From: an uncultured Desulfobacteraceae bacterium
GTDB lineage: Bacteria > Desulfobacterota > Desulfobacteria > Desulfobacterales > Desulfatirhabdiaceae
Reading direction: 5' to 3'
Length of the DNA stretch: 64,000 nucleotides
Assembly: GCA_903909505.1 (NCBI GenBank)
Contig: CAIVVZ010000022.1
Span: forward strand, 4,908 to 68,907
Shown here piece after piece: positions 55,246 through 64,000 of the stretch. The notes beneath the pieces were generated by a model, which did not search any database, had not been told where the DNA came from, and worked only from the letters and a program-made list of their open reading frames with translations. How positions within the stretch are numbered: the stretch's first letter is position 1; every line of letters starts with the position of its first letter. A program made the position numbers and the translations under genes.

Positions 55246-55899
55246 ATGGATACACCAGATTCAGCTATAAGTCGTCTCTATCAACTGGCCAATTGGTTGG
55301 CCTTGATCACCATTTATTATAACCTGCTTGAAGGGGCGGTTTCGGTATTTTTCGGGTTTCAGGATGAAACTCTTTCGCTGTTTGGATTCGGCCTGGATTC
55401 GTTTGTCGAGGTGATCTCGGGAATTGGCGTCTGGCACATGATTCGCCGGCTCCGGCAATCAACGGATGGAAATCCGGACCGTTTCGAGCAGCGGGCATTG
55501 AAAATAACGGGAACGGCGTTTTACCTGCTGACAGCGGGACTGACGCTGACGGCGCTTTACAATATCTATTCAGGTCATCATCCGGAGAGCACATTCTGGG
55601 GGGTCGTCATTTCCCTGATTTCCATTGGGTCCATGTGGGCACTAGTTCATTTCAAGGTCAAAGTGGGAACCGCCTTGAATTCCCAGGCCGTTCTGGCAGA
55701 TGCGGGATGTACCCGGACCTGCTTGATCCTTTCCGGGGTTTTGCTGGCAGCCAGCCTTATTTATGAGCTGACCGGGTTTGGGGGGGTGGATTCCCTATGC
55801 TCCATTTTCATTGCCTGGCTGTCTTTTCGGGAGGGCCGGGAGGCCTTTGAAAAGGCCAGCGGTATAGGCGGGTGTGGCTGTTGCGGCATCAGACCCTGA
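55246..55899 (+). CDS. Cation-efflux-like membrane protein (CDF-type membrane domain only)
   Basis: LLEGAVSVFFGFQDETLSLFGFGLDSFVEVISG resembles the CDF TM1-TM2 motif. Cys-rich tail GGCGCCGIRP. Confidence 0.4.
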   Translation: MDTPDSAISRLYQLANWLALITIYYNLLEGAVSVFFGFQDETLSLFGFGLDSFVEVISGIGVWHMIRRLRQSTDGNPDRFEQRALKITGTAFYLLTAGLTLTALYNIYSGHHPESTFWGVVISLISIGSMWALVHFKVKVGTALNSQAVLADAGCTRTCLILSGVLLAASLIYELTGFGGVDSLCSIFIAWLSFREGREAFEKASGIGGCGCCGIRP

Positions 55900-56184
55900 A
55901 AGTGACAGAATGCACTTTTCGGGTGTCATTTTCAATGATTTGAAGCCGAAGGCTCGAGGCAGAGGCAGCCTCCCCCGGGAAGAACAGGAATCCATGAGCA
56001 AGGGTTCCTGGCTCGATAAGGATTGGTGGCCAATGACTTCAAGTTCATGGGGCCCCTGGTTGTCGAAAATGACCTGAACCGGCAACATGCCGGCTCCCAG
56101 AACATCAAAACCAAACATCTGTGTGGCTTCATCGGGATTGGCGAATGCCTTGGCGGCAATCAGCTTTGTTGTGCCGGAAAATTC
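55889..56184 (-). pseudogene. 5'-truncated and frameshifted remnant of an unidentified (lipoprotein-like?) gene
   Basis: Frame 1: (E)FSGTTKLIAAKAFANPDEATQMFGFDVLGAGMLPVQVIFDNQGPHELEVI. Frame 2: PILIEPGTLAHGFLFFPGEAASASSLRLQIIENDTRKVHSVTFRV*. There is no start codon; it begins right after the EF-G stop. Confidence 0.4.
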
Positions 56185-58224
56185 TCAAATCCGGTCAAAG
56201 TGAGAAAACTGCATGGTAAAGGTTCCCCGGCCCTGAGTGGCAGACCGTATCGCGGTTGAATAACCGAACATTCGCGCCAGGGGAACAATGGCCCGAATGG
56301 CCTGAAATCCGATTTTGGGTTCAATGGCTTCGATCTTTCCCCCCCGGCTGTTCAAGTCGCCAATCACATCGCCCGTGAATGTTTCCGGAACAAAGATCTC
56401 CACATCCATGATCGGATCCAGCAAGAAAGGCCCCCCCCTGGACAGTGCATCCTTGCAGGCCATGGATGCGCTGACCTTGTACGCCAGATCGGTCCCCTGA
56501 GACTCACGGTAAGAACCGCCAGACAGGCAGGCCTCGATATCCACCGCCGGATATCCCATGAGGGTTCCGCTTTCCAGCGATTCCATAACGCCTTTTTCAA
56601 TCGCTTTCATGAACTGGGGTGGAATGGCGCTGTCGGGAAGATCCAGAATGAACCGGTTGCCGGACCCCCTGGACAGGGGTTTGAGGTTCACGCGGACCTC
56701 GGCATAATGACGCTGACCGGCCACTTCCTTATCGAAAACAGCGGTTGCGGCTGCTTCTTTCTCAATGGTTTCCCGGTATACCACCTGGGGTTTTCCCACG
56801 TTGACGCTGGTATTGAACTCTCTGGTCATTCGGCTGATGATGACTTCAAGATGCAGCTCTCCCATGCCGGAAAGAATTTTCTGTCCTGTGTCCGGATCTT
56901 CCTTGACCCGTAAGGTAGGGTCTTCTGCCAGAAATTTTTCCAGCACCTGATCCAGTTTTTCCTGATCCGATCGGGTTTTGGGTTCAATCGCCAGTGAAAT
57001 GACCGGCTCATAAAACTCCATCTTTTCCAGAAGAATGGGGTGATCCGGCTGACAAAGCGTTTCTCCGGTTGAGGAATCCTTCAGACCGATAACCCCGACA
57101 ATGCTTCCCGCCCCGGCTTCATCAATCCGCTCCCGCTTGTTGGCATGCATCTGCAGGATCCGGGATAGTTTTTCCTTTTTATTCCGGAAAGGGTTGAACA
57201 CATCATCGCCAGCTTTGATCTTTCCGCTGTAAATCCGGACAAAGGATAGCTTTCGGCCTTCTGCCATGGAAACCTTGAAGATCAGGGCCGCCAGCGGTGC
57301 CTTGTCTGTTGCCGGGCATTCGATAGGGTCTCCGCTCTGGGGATGAACTCCCTTGATCGGCGGAACATCGGCAGGGCTGGGCAGGAACTGAGCGATGGCG
57401 TCCAGAAGCGGTTGAATCCCCTTGTTTTTCAGCGCGGAACCGCATAAAACCGGTACCGCTTTCAGTGCGATGGTGGCGTTTCGAATGGCTTCCAGCAGCA
57501 TGTCGGGTTCTATCGGGATTTCTGCAAGATAGGCCTCCATGACCTGGTCATCCACTTCGGCAAGCGCTTCGATCAGTTTATCCCGGTAATTTCGAGCAGA
57601 TTCCAGGCGGTCCGCGGCAATGTCCTCAAGGTTGAATGTGGCTCCCAGAGAGTCGTCATCCCATACGATCTGTTTCAGATGGACGAGATCGATCACACCG
57701 GTAAAAGATTCTTCTTCTCCGACAGGCAGCTGCAGAATCAAGGGGTTGGCGTGAAGTCTGGTGCGCATCATGTCAATGGTTCTGAAAAAATCAGCTCCGA
57801 TGCGATCCAGTTTATTCACGAAAGCGATTTTCGGAACGTGGTATTTGTCTGCTTGGCGCCACACGGTTTCGGACTGAGGCTCTACGCCGCCGACCGCGCA
57901 AAAAACCCCGATTGCTCCGTCCAGAACTCGCAGGGACCGCTCGACCTCTATGGTGAAATCCACATGGCCCGGCGTATCAATCAGCTGAATATCGATGTCT
58001 TTCCAGTGACAGGTGGTTACCGCCGATGTGATGGTAATGCCCCGTTCCTGCTCATCCGGCATCCAGTCCATGATGGCTTCGCCATCATGGACCTCGCCGA
58101 TTTTATGGGATTTGCCGGTATAATACAGAATCCGTTCGGTAACGGTCGTCTTTCCGGCGTCGATATGGGCAATGATGCCGATATTACGGATGGAATTGAT
58201 TTTTTGTTTTTTCATCGTTTTCAA
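56185..58224 (-). CDS. fusA: Elongation factor G paralog (outside a str operon context)
   Basis: [21 protein letters not shown]; 679 aa. Confidence 0.95.
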   Translation of the reverse strand: MKTMKKQKINSIRNIGIIAHIDAGKTTVTERILYYTGKSHKIGEVHDGEAIMDWMPDEQERGITITSAVTTCHWKDIDIQLIDTPGHVDFTIEVERSLRVLDGAIGVFCAVGGVEPQSETVWRQADKYHVPKIAFVNKLDRIGADFFRTIDMMRTRLHANPLILQLPVGEEESFTGVIDLVHLKQIVWDDDSLGATFNLEDIAADRLESARNYRDKLIEALAEVDDQVMEAYLAEIPIEPDMLLEAIRNATIALKAVPVLCGSALKNKGIQPLLDAIAQFLPSPADVPPIKGVHPQSGDPIECPATDKAPLAALIFKVSMAEGRKLSFVRIYSGKIKAGDDVFNPFRNKKEKLSRILQMHANKRERIDEAGAGSIVGVIGLKDSSTGETLCQPDHPILLEKMEFYEPVISLAIEPKTRSDQEKLDQVLEKFLAEDPTLRVKEDPDTGQKILSGMGELHLEVIISRMTREFNTSVNVGKPQVVYRETIEKEAAATAVFDKEVAGQRHYAEVRVNLKPLSRGSGNRFILDLPDSAIPPQFMKAIEKGVMESLESGTLMGYPAVDIEACLSGGSYRESQGTDLAYKVSASMACKDALSRGGPFLLDPIMDVEIFVPETFTGDVIGDLNSRGGKIEAIEPKIGFQAIRAIVPLARMFGYSTAIRSATQGRGTFTMQFSHFDRI

Positions 58225-58343
58225 CCTGTTGTCATTTTTAAAAACTGAATTTTATGGCAACAATCAAGCGATGTCAAGGAAAGAGAACCGAACTGTTTAC
58301 TGAAAGGGCAAGAAAGCGAAGCGGTTGAAGGCAAAAGAGGGGG

Positions 58344-59831
58344 CTATGAAATTCCAAAAAAAGATTTGATTTTTTGAATGAACCCTCCGGATGTGGCAGC
58401 AGACAGGGCGCTGCTATCCCCTTCCTGTCTGGCCAGTTGCTGCTGGCGTTCAGCCAGCACCTGACCCAGGTATTCGGATATCCCTGAATTGGCTGTAAGA
58501 ATCTCTGAAAAAATATCCTTTTGAATCTTGATCACTTCGGTGTCTTCAATTGCGCGAACGGTTGCGCTCCGTGGCTCACCGGTTAACAAGCTCATTTCGC
58601 CAAAAAAATCCCCTTTTTTAAGAACGGCAACTTGCTTGAATTGTCGGGAATCGCTTTCCAGAAGCACTTCGCACGTTCCTTTGACGATGATGTAGAGGGA
58701 GTCGCCGGCCTCCTGCTGCCGGACAACGATTTCACCTTCACCGAACGGTTCGATTTTAACCTGATGGGCCAGTTGAGCGCGTTCTTCCGGAGAAAGGGGC
58801 GAGAGCACGGGTACTTTCTCAAACATCCGGACCATGTCATTACAGCGATGTTCACGCATTGCCGCCTGGTGGGCGCGCTCCTCGTGGGCGTGGTGGATGT
58901 TGCGAATCGGAAACGGAATAGCGATGTTGTGCCTTCTGAGAGCATACCAGATGAGGATGTTGATTTCAGATTTGATCTTGGGTTCGTTTGAGAAATTTTC
59001 GTGCCAGAAACGAATTTCATAAAGAATGGCCGAGTCACCAAAAGTGATCAGCAGGACATCGGGGGCAGGATGCTTTAGCACCTTCTGATGCTGGTATAAC
59101 ATGTCCAGAATCACTTTTTTCACCCGATCCGGCGGCGCGTCATACTCCAGGCCAATCGTTATTTTGGAACGCACCTTTCGGTCCGGTTTGGAATAGTTCA
59201 AAAAGATACGGGAAGTGATTTCCGAATTGGGAATATAGATGAGCACCTGATCCCGTGTGAGAAGTTTGGTTGATTTCCAGTTGATGCTGGTAACCATACC
59301 GATATTATCACCCACCTGAATCCAGTCTCCGATGTCGAATGGTCGTTCAAGCTGAAGGACAAGGCCAAAGAAAAAATTGCTGAGCATCGACTGGGCGGCA
59401 AATCCCAGAACAACGGTGAGCGCGGCGGACGTGGTGATCAGGCTGACCAGATTGATATTGCTCTGTAGGCGAAGGACAATAAAAACCAGAATCACATAAC
59501 ACAGAAAAAGAATAAAATCCCGTGTGATTCTGGGAATGGGTTTTTTCCCGCGGACTTTTAGCGGAATTTCCAAAGCGCCGGCAAAAACCAGTCGTGCAAC
59601 CGCCCAGGACAGCACAATGGATTCGATGACGGTGAGCCAGATGCTCCAATCGGTGGATGACACAAGGGATTGGGTCAGGCGGGAAAAAAATAGGATGCAA
59701 AAATAAATGATTAAGAGCGTTAGGGGGAGTTCGGGGAGTTTGGAATACTGTTTCGACGCCAGGCAATACAGACTGAGCAGGACAATAGACAGCAGCGACA
59801 TCCATGAAATCGAATCAATAAAAGCTGACAC
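58344..59831 (-). CDS. MscS-family mechanosensitive channel fused to a C-terminal cyclic-nucleotide-binding domain
   Basis: MscS core (FDIGDWIQVGDNIGMVTSINWKSTKL) and cNMP domain (GDFFGEMSLLTGEPRSATVRA). Confidence 0.85.
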   Translation of the reverse strand: MSAFIDSISWMSLLSIVLLSLYCLASKQYSKLPELPLTLLIIYFCILFFSRLTQSLVSSTDWSIWLTVIESIVLSWAVARLVFAGALEIPLKVRGKKPIPRITRDFILFLCYVILVFIVLRLQSNINLVSLITTSAALTVVLGFAAQSMLSNFFFGLVLQLERPFDIGDWIQVGDNIGMVTSINWKSTKLLTRDQVLIYIPNSEITSRIFLNYSKPDRKVRSKITIGLEYDAPPDRVKKVILDMLYQHQKVLKHPAPDVLLITFGDSAILYEIRFWHENFSNEPKIKSEINILIWYALRRHNIAIPFPIRNIHHAHEERAHQAAMREHRCNDMVRMFEKVPVLSPLSPEERAQLAHQVKIEPFGEGEIVVRQQEAGDSLYIIVKGTCEVLLESDSRQFKQVAVLKKGDFFGEMSLLTGEPRSATVRAIEDTEVIKIQKDIFSEILTANSGISEYLGQVLAERQQQLARQEGDSSALSAATSGGFIQKIKSFFGIS

Positions 59832-59924
59832 GCTTTGCCATCCTACTTCCTTTCATCGATTGGTTTCGAAACGTCATGGTAGGCTCTGTTATGGGTACGA
59901 ATGGATGATGGGCTGCAATGACAT

Positions 59925-59959
59925 CAAAAAAGGGGCAACCGAAAATCTCAGGCTACCCC
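59925..59959 (-). terminator. Rho-independent terminator downstream of the small lipoprotein gene
   Basis: Minus-strand RNA GGGGUAGCC-(10 nt)-GGUUGCCCC gives 9 pairs including U-G and G-U wobbles, followed by UUUUUUGAU. Confidence 0.55.
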
Positions 59960-60024
59960 TCAGGACTGGCTTACTTTATTCGTCATCGGTAAAAATAAGC
60001 GGTATGCTAAGTCAGGAACGATTT

Positions 60025-60234
60025 TTAGTGTCTTGCGTAAGAAATTCCCCACCATTTTTCCTGAGCCGATTTTTCAGCGGCTTTATCCGTCACATTATTA
60101 AATCCCCACCAACTGAATCCCAGATGGCTCCAGGTTTTGTAATGGGAGTCGTGCCCCATGTATTCGGATTGTTTGATTCCCGCGCATCCTGTCAGAAGCA
60201 TTCCCAATGCAATGATTAAAACCAATTTTTTCAT
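60025..60234 (-). CDS. Small lipoprotein (69 aa)
   Basis: MKKLVLIIALGMLLTGCAG lipobox. RBS aaaggaggaaaactcATG. Confidence 0.6.
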   Translation of the reverse strand: MKKLVLIIALGMLLTGCAGIKQSEYMGHDSHYKTWSHLGFSWWGFNNVTDKAAEKSAQEKWWGISYARH

Positions 60235-60545
60235 GAGTTTTCCTCCTTTTATTGAATCATTAACAAAATAAATTACACTTCTCCATATTCTCCGTAGAAT
60301 TTCATATAACAAAATCATAAAGAGTGCAATCAAAATTCTGAAAAAAATCCGTAACGGAGATTATCCCCACTGAAACTCAAAAAGTGCGATTAAGTCAACA
60401 AGTACCACAACCGACATTTTCTGCAAAGGAATATTTTTGTTGGAAGGGGATCAAAATAAGATCTTGAAAAACCGATCATGTTCGAATATGAATTAAAAGA
60501 TCTGATTTGACGCCTTATGGGCTTAATCCGGTTGAGGAGGTAGAA

Positions 60546-61019
60546 ATGGGACAGAAGATTCTGGTTGCCCTTGATGATTCCATGAATGCGATGCGGACAA
60601 TTGCATTTATTACCAAAACTTTTTCTCCATCTGAAAACGACATTACCCTTTTCAGCGTTCTCCCCGATACCGCGGCGCTTTGCGACATGAACAGCCCTGA
60701 ACTGACTCCATATTTTCTTTCTCAGCATAGCAATTTCTGTCAGCTTGAAGAGCGAAAGAAACAGCTGGTCAATGAAGCCCTGAAACAGGCAAAGGACGTT
60801 CTGGTAAGCGCCGGTTTCGACAAAGATCGTGTTCGCCTGAAAGTTCAGGTAAAGAAGAGAGGAATTGCCAGAGACATCATTGAAGAAGCCCATTTCGGGT
60901 ATTCCATTATCGTTATGGGAAGAAGAGGCCTTTCCGGAGTCAAGGAGTTTATACTTGGAAGCGTTTCTCAAAAAGTCATTCATAGTGTGAAAGACATCTC
61001 GGTGCTTATTGTGAACTGA
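60546..61019 (+). CDS. Universal stress protein (UspA family)
   Basis: KILVALDDS ... IVMGRRGLSGVKEFILGSVSQKVIH. RBS gaggaggtagaaATG. Confidence 0.85.
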   Translation: MGQKILVALDDSMNAMRTIAFITKTFSPSENDITLFSVLPDTAALCDMNSPELTPYFLSQHSNFCQLEERKKQLVNEALKQAKDVLVSAGFDKDRVRLKVQVKKRGIARDIIEEAHFGYSIIVMGRRGLSGVKEFILGSVSQKVIHSVKDISVLIVN

Positions 61020-61065
61020 TCTTTAGTGCACTTCCATTTTCCTTTTTTCTGGATTTATATAGACG

Positions 61066-62082
61066 ATGAATTCTCCCCGAACGGTTGCTTTTTCAAAAAA
61101 TGCGACCAATGTTTTTTTTCATATTCTGACAGCATGCAACCTGCGATGCCGTCACTGCTATATCAATCCTTCCCAGCATGGTGCTGAATCTCTGGATATC
61201 GATACGATCATTGCCTGGTTGAACGAATTTACCGGAAAAGAAAACCTGCCGAATGTAATTTTTCTGGGTGGAGAGCCCACCTTACATCCGGAACTTCCCC
61301 TTGCCGTAAAACATGCCAGACGACTGGGGTATCAATCGATTACCATCGATACGAATGGATACCTGTTTCATGATATTCTCAATTGCCTGAATCCCGATGA
61401 TGTGGATTTTTTTAGTTTCAGCCTGGATGGTGCCACGCCTTCGGTCAACGATAGCCTTCGGGGAGACGGCTCCTACCATATCTGTCTGAAGGGGATACGG
61501 CAGGCGGTTTCCAGAGGGTTTAACACCAGCCTGATTTATACGGTTAGCAGCGCCAATCTCCATGAACTTGAAAAAATGCCCGAGCTTCTGGCGAATATGG
61601 GAATCCGCCGGTTTTTTATTCAGGTTGTCGGCATTCGGGGGAAATCTGCTCAGGCTGTAGCATTCGAACCGGACAGAATAAATCAGGTTTCTCCGGACCA
61701 GTGGTTGCGCGAGGTTCCGGCGGTAGCCCAAAAAGCAGCGATGATGGGCATTTCCGTTACCTATCCCAGGGTTTTTCTGAAGCCGGGCGAGCCTTTCGAG
61801 TGCGCCGGCAGGGTGGCGGACAATTATTTTATTTTTCCAAATGGCAGGGTTTACCAATGTCCGCTCTGTGAAGATTATCCCCTTCACAGCAAAATTTTTG
61901 TGAATAATCGTCTGATTTCAACACCGGGAATCAATGAAACGGATCTCTTTAAGCTTGATATTCCCGAAGGCTGTGTCATGAACCGGATCATCCAGCCGGG
62001 CAATATCCGTTACTTACCGGATGGATCGCCGGAGTATCGCATTGCCTGTTGTCTATTGAAGGAAGAGATTTGTGGAGGATAA
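61066..62082 (+). CDS. Radical SAM protein with a Cys-rich (SPASM/twitch-like) C-terminal region
   Basis: CNLRCRHCY (CX3CX2C). C-terminal cysteines at CAGRV...CPLCEDY...CCLLKEEICGG. Confidence 0.8.
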   Translation: MNSPRTVAFSKNATNVFFHILTACNLRCRHCYINPSQHGAESLDIDTIIAWLNEFTGKENLPNVIFLGGEPTLHPELPLAVKHARRLGYQSITIDTNGYLFHDILNCLNPDDVDFFSFSLDGATPSVNDSLRGDGSYHICLKGIRQAVSRGFNTSLIYTVSSANLHELEKMPELLANMGIRRFFIQVVGIRGKSAQAVAFEPDRINQVSPDQWLREVPAVAQKAAMMGISVTYPRVFLKPGEPFECAGRVADNYFIFPNGRVYQCPLCEDYPLHSKIFVNNRLISTPGINETDLFKLDIPEGCVMNRIIQPGNIRYLPDGSPEYRIACCLLKEEICGG

Positions 62083-63244
62083 GATTTTGAATTCAAATCT
62101 GATTTGGTCGGAAATTGATTTAAATGCCATTTCTCATAATGTGCGGGAGCTTTGCCGTATCACCAGCCCCGGTTCCCGGTTGATGGCCGTGGTCAAGGCC
62201 AATGGCTACGGACACGGAGCCCTTGAGGTCGCGCTGGTGGCTCTGAAAAATGGGGCGGACTGTCTGGGGGTGGCCCGAATGGATGAAGGGGTTCATCTGC
62301 GAAAGGCCGGGATTACCGTTCCCATACTGATTCTGGGGTATACTCCGCCGGAACACAGCGAGACGCTTGTTGCTCATCGTCTGATCCAGACCGTTTATAC
62401 GTTCGAAGCTGCGGAAGCCTTGTCCGAAGCAGCCGCAGGGCTTCAGGAAAGGGCAAAGGTCCATATTAAAGTGGATACCGGCATGGGCCGGCTGGGTCTT
62501 CTTCCGGACAGCCCCCGCATTTCTCTGCTGGGAAAACACCTGCCTGGAAACGCACAGCGGGTGATTGAGTCCATATTCAGGCTCCCCCATATTGAGATTG
62601 AAGGGATTTTTACCCATTTTGCGACGGCGGACAGCCAGGATAAGACCCACACCCTCCAGCAGTTGGAACGGTTCCTGGAATTTCTGGACAAGCTGAAAGC
62701 TCATGGTCTGGAATTCCCCCTGCGGCATGCCGCCAACAGCGCCGCACTCATCGATCTGCCCGAAACCCATCTGGACATGGTCAGGCCAGGCATTTCTATC
62801 TATGGGTTTTATCCGTCCGACGAGGTCAGCAAGGAGCGCGTTTCCCTGGCACCGGCCATGATGCTCAAAACCCGGGTCATTCACGTTAAAATGGTTCCTG
62901 CCGGATTTCACGTCAGTTACGGGTTGACATACCAAACCGAAAATCCAACGGTCATTGCCACGGTTTCAGCCGGATATGCAGATGGGTTGAACCGCCTGCT
63001 GTCATCGCGGGGACAGATGCTGGTTCGGGGAAGCCGGGCCAAAATTGTCGGACGGATCTGCATGGATCTGACCCTGCTGGATGTGGGGCATATTCCGGAT
63101 GTTCGTATCGGGGATGAAGTGGTGATCTTTGGCAGTCAGGGGCAGGAATTCATTCCGGTTGAGGAAATGGCGGAAGCCCTGAACACCATCCATTATGAAA
63201 TCGTTACATCTGTGGCATCCCGGGTAGAGCGGGTTTTTTTATAA
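62072..63244 (+). CDS. alr: Alanine racemase
   Basis: AVVKANGYGHG (PLP-Lys). 390 aa with the typical C-terminal YEIVTSV..RV. Confidence 0.9.
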   Translation: MEDKILNSNLIWSEIDLNAISHNVRELCRITSPGSRLMAVVKANGYGHGALEVALVALKNGADCLGVARMDEGVHLRKAGITVPILILGYTPPEHSETLVAHRLIQTVYTFEAAEALSEAAAGLQERAKVHIKVDTGMGRLGLLPDSPRISLLGKHLPGNAQRVIESIFRLPHIEIEGIFTHFATADSQDKTHTLQQLERFLEFLDKLKAHGLEFPLRHAANSAALIDLPETHLDMVRPGISIYGFYPSDEVSKERVSLAPAMMLKTRVIHVKMVPAGFHVSYGLTYQTENPTVIATVSAGYADGLNRLLSSRGQMLVRGSRAKIVGRICMDLTLLDVGHIPDVRIGDEVVIFGSQGQEFIPVEEMAEALNTIHYEIVTSVASRVERVFL

Positions 63245-63404
63245 AAGCACGGATTTGAGAGGTCGATGTGGTTGCTGCTGGCAATTGGATGATTTCGTTC
63301 CTATCAAAATGCTTTACAAAGAACAGGCCATGAACTATAAAAAACAGCAGGATTAAGCATCCATCCGTTTTAATCCCTGCCTTAACCTTTATGAGGAGGA
63401 TGCC

Positions 63405-64000
63405 GTGACAGATGCGGTTACCCTGGTGATTGCCACGAAAAATAGCGGCAAGCTTATCGAAATTGCTGCGTTGTTAAAAAACTATCCGGTGCGTCTGAAA
63501 AGTCTTTCAGAATTCGGGCCTATTCCGCCTGTCGAGGAGGACGGCGCCTCCTTTGATGACAATGCCTATAAAAAAGCTGCTTTTACTTCAAGGGTACTGG
63601 GCCTGTCCGCCTTGGCCGACGATTCAGGGCTCGTTGTTCCGGCTCTGGGGGGCGGACCCGGAATCCATTCGGCCCGGTATGGCGGTGACAGCCTGACAGA
63701 TGCCCATCGCTGCGATTTGCTGCTTCAGAACCTGAAGGGGAAGACTGACCGCCAGGCATCCTTTTCCTGCGTCATATCCATTGCCACACCCACGGGCGCC
63801 GCTCTGACATACGAAGGCCGATGTGAAGGGCTGATTGCCGAATCTGCTTCCGGCACAAACGGGTTTGGCTATGATCCGATTTTTTATTATCCTCCCTTGA
63901 ACAAAACCTTTGCAGAAATGACTCCTCGGGAAAAGAGCCAGATCAGCCATCGCGGCAAGGCTCTGAAACAACTTCAGGACGAATTTGATAAGGTGCTGCT
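63405..64000 (+). CDS. rdgB: Non-canonical purine NTP pyrophosphatase (RdgB/HAM1); 3' end lies outside the window
   Basis: GTG start after gaggagga. VIATKNSGKLIEI, DDSGLVVPALGGGPG, FGYDPIF, SHRGKA. It is absent from the track because no stop falls within the window. Confidence 0.9.
   Translation, partial: MTDAVTLVIATKNSGKLIEIAALLKNYPVRLKSLSEFGPIPPVEEDGASFDDNAYKKAAFTSRVLGLSALADDSGLVVPALGGGPGIHSARYGGDSLTDAHRCDLLLQNLKGKTDRQASFSCVISIATPTGAALTYEGRCEGLIAESASGTNGFGYDPIFYYPPLNKTFAEMTPREKSQISHRGKALKQLQDEFDKVL

Noticed and set aside
1-64000. tRNA, rRNA, tmRNA, RNase P or other classical RNA genes
   Set aside because: No T-loop/acceptor-like GGTTCGAATCC-type sequences or rRNA-like conserved blocks were spotted in intergenic regions on either strand. 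The gaps are short and are accounted for by promoters, hairpins and gene remnants.

Overview
The window looks like a chromosomal segment from a Desulfobacterales-like deltaproteobacterium; that taxon is inferred from protein style only. No rRNA, tRNA or CRISPR array was seen.

The flanks are GC-richer housekeeping genes. On the left are a C-N hydrolase, folD, argC, an ABC transporter without a binding protein next to larC, an acyl-CoA gene block, and a mobA/moaE-like operon. On the right are an asnB-like gene, an MFS transporter, an EF-G paralog, an MscS-cNMP channel, usp, a radical SAM gene, alr and rdgB.

Between them, at about 21.4-51.9 kb, lies a visibly AT-richer and compositionally mosaic glycan-biosynthesis island. 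By my count it carries 17 glycosyltransferase domains and 6 methyltransferase domains (a seventh lies just upstream at 19263). It also has an LmbE-type deacetylase, an O-acyltransferase, a Wzx-like flippase and a GT-C / polyprenyl-P-sugar-synthase pair. I recognise no initiating transferase, polymerase or exporter.

The observations I would follow up first:
1. An Nramp-related transporter at 12.3-15.0 kb has Mg2+-type (NRMT-like) binding-site substitutions. It is followed by a 57-codon membrane ORF absent from the ORF track and by a stand-alone PRC-MgtE_N-CBS sensor that lacks a pore. It is preceded by a roughly 350-nt leader that ends in a terminator-like hairpin.
2. Fourteen in-frame 42-bp tandem repeats encode a coiled-coil tail on a deacetylase-GT2 fusion. 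That ORF is in the same frame as the next GT4 gene, separated by a single TGA.
3. There is a cluster of rearrangement scars: a lipA 3' stump, an rfbC 5' stump, a U32 peptidase 5' stump ending in a near-perfect 50-nt palindrome, a transposase remnant bracketed by a 14-bp direct repeat, and a 19-bp inverted repeat at an internal composition boundary.
4. Two unrelated genes are each bracketed by the same promoter-like 5' motif and the same 3' hairpin motif.

All family calls come from motifs read by eye and from memory. Nothing was searched against a database.
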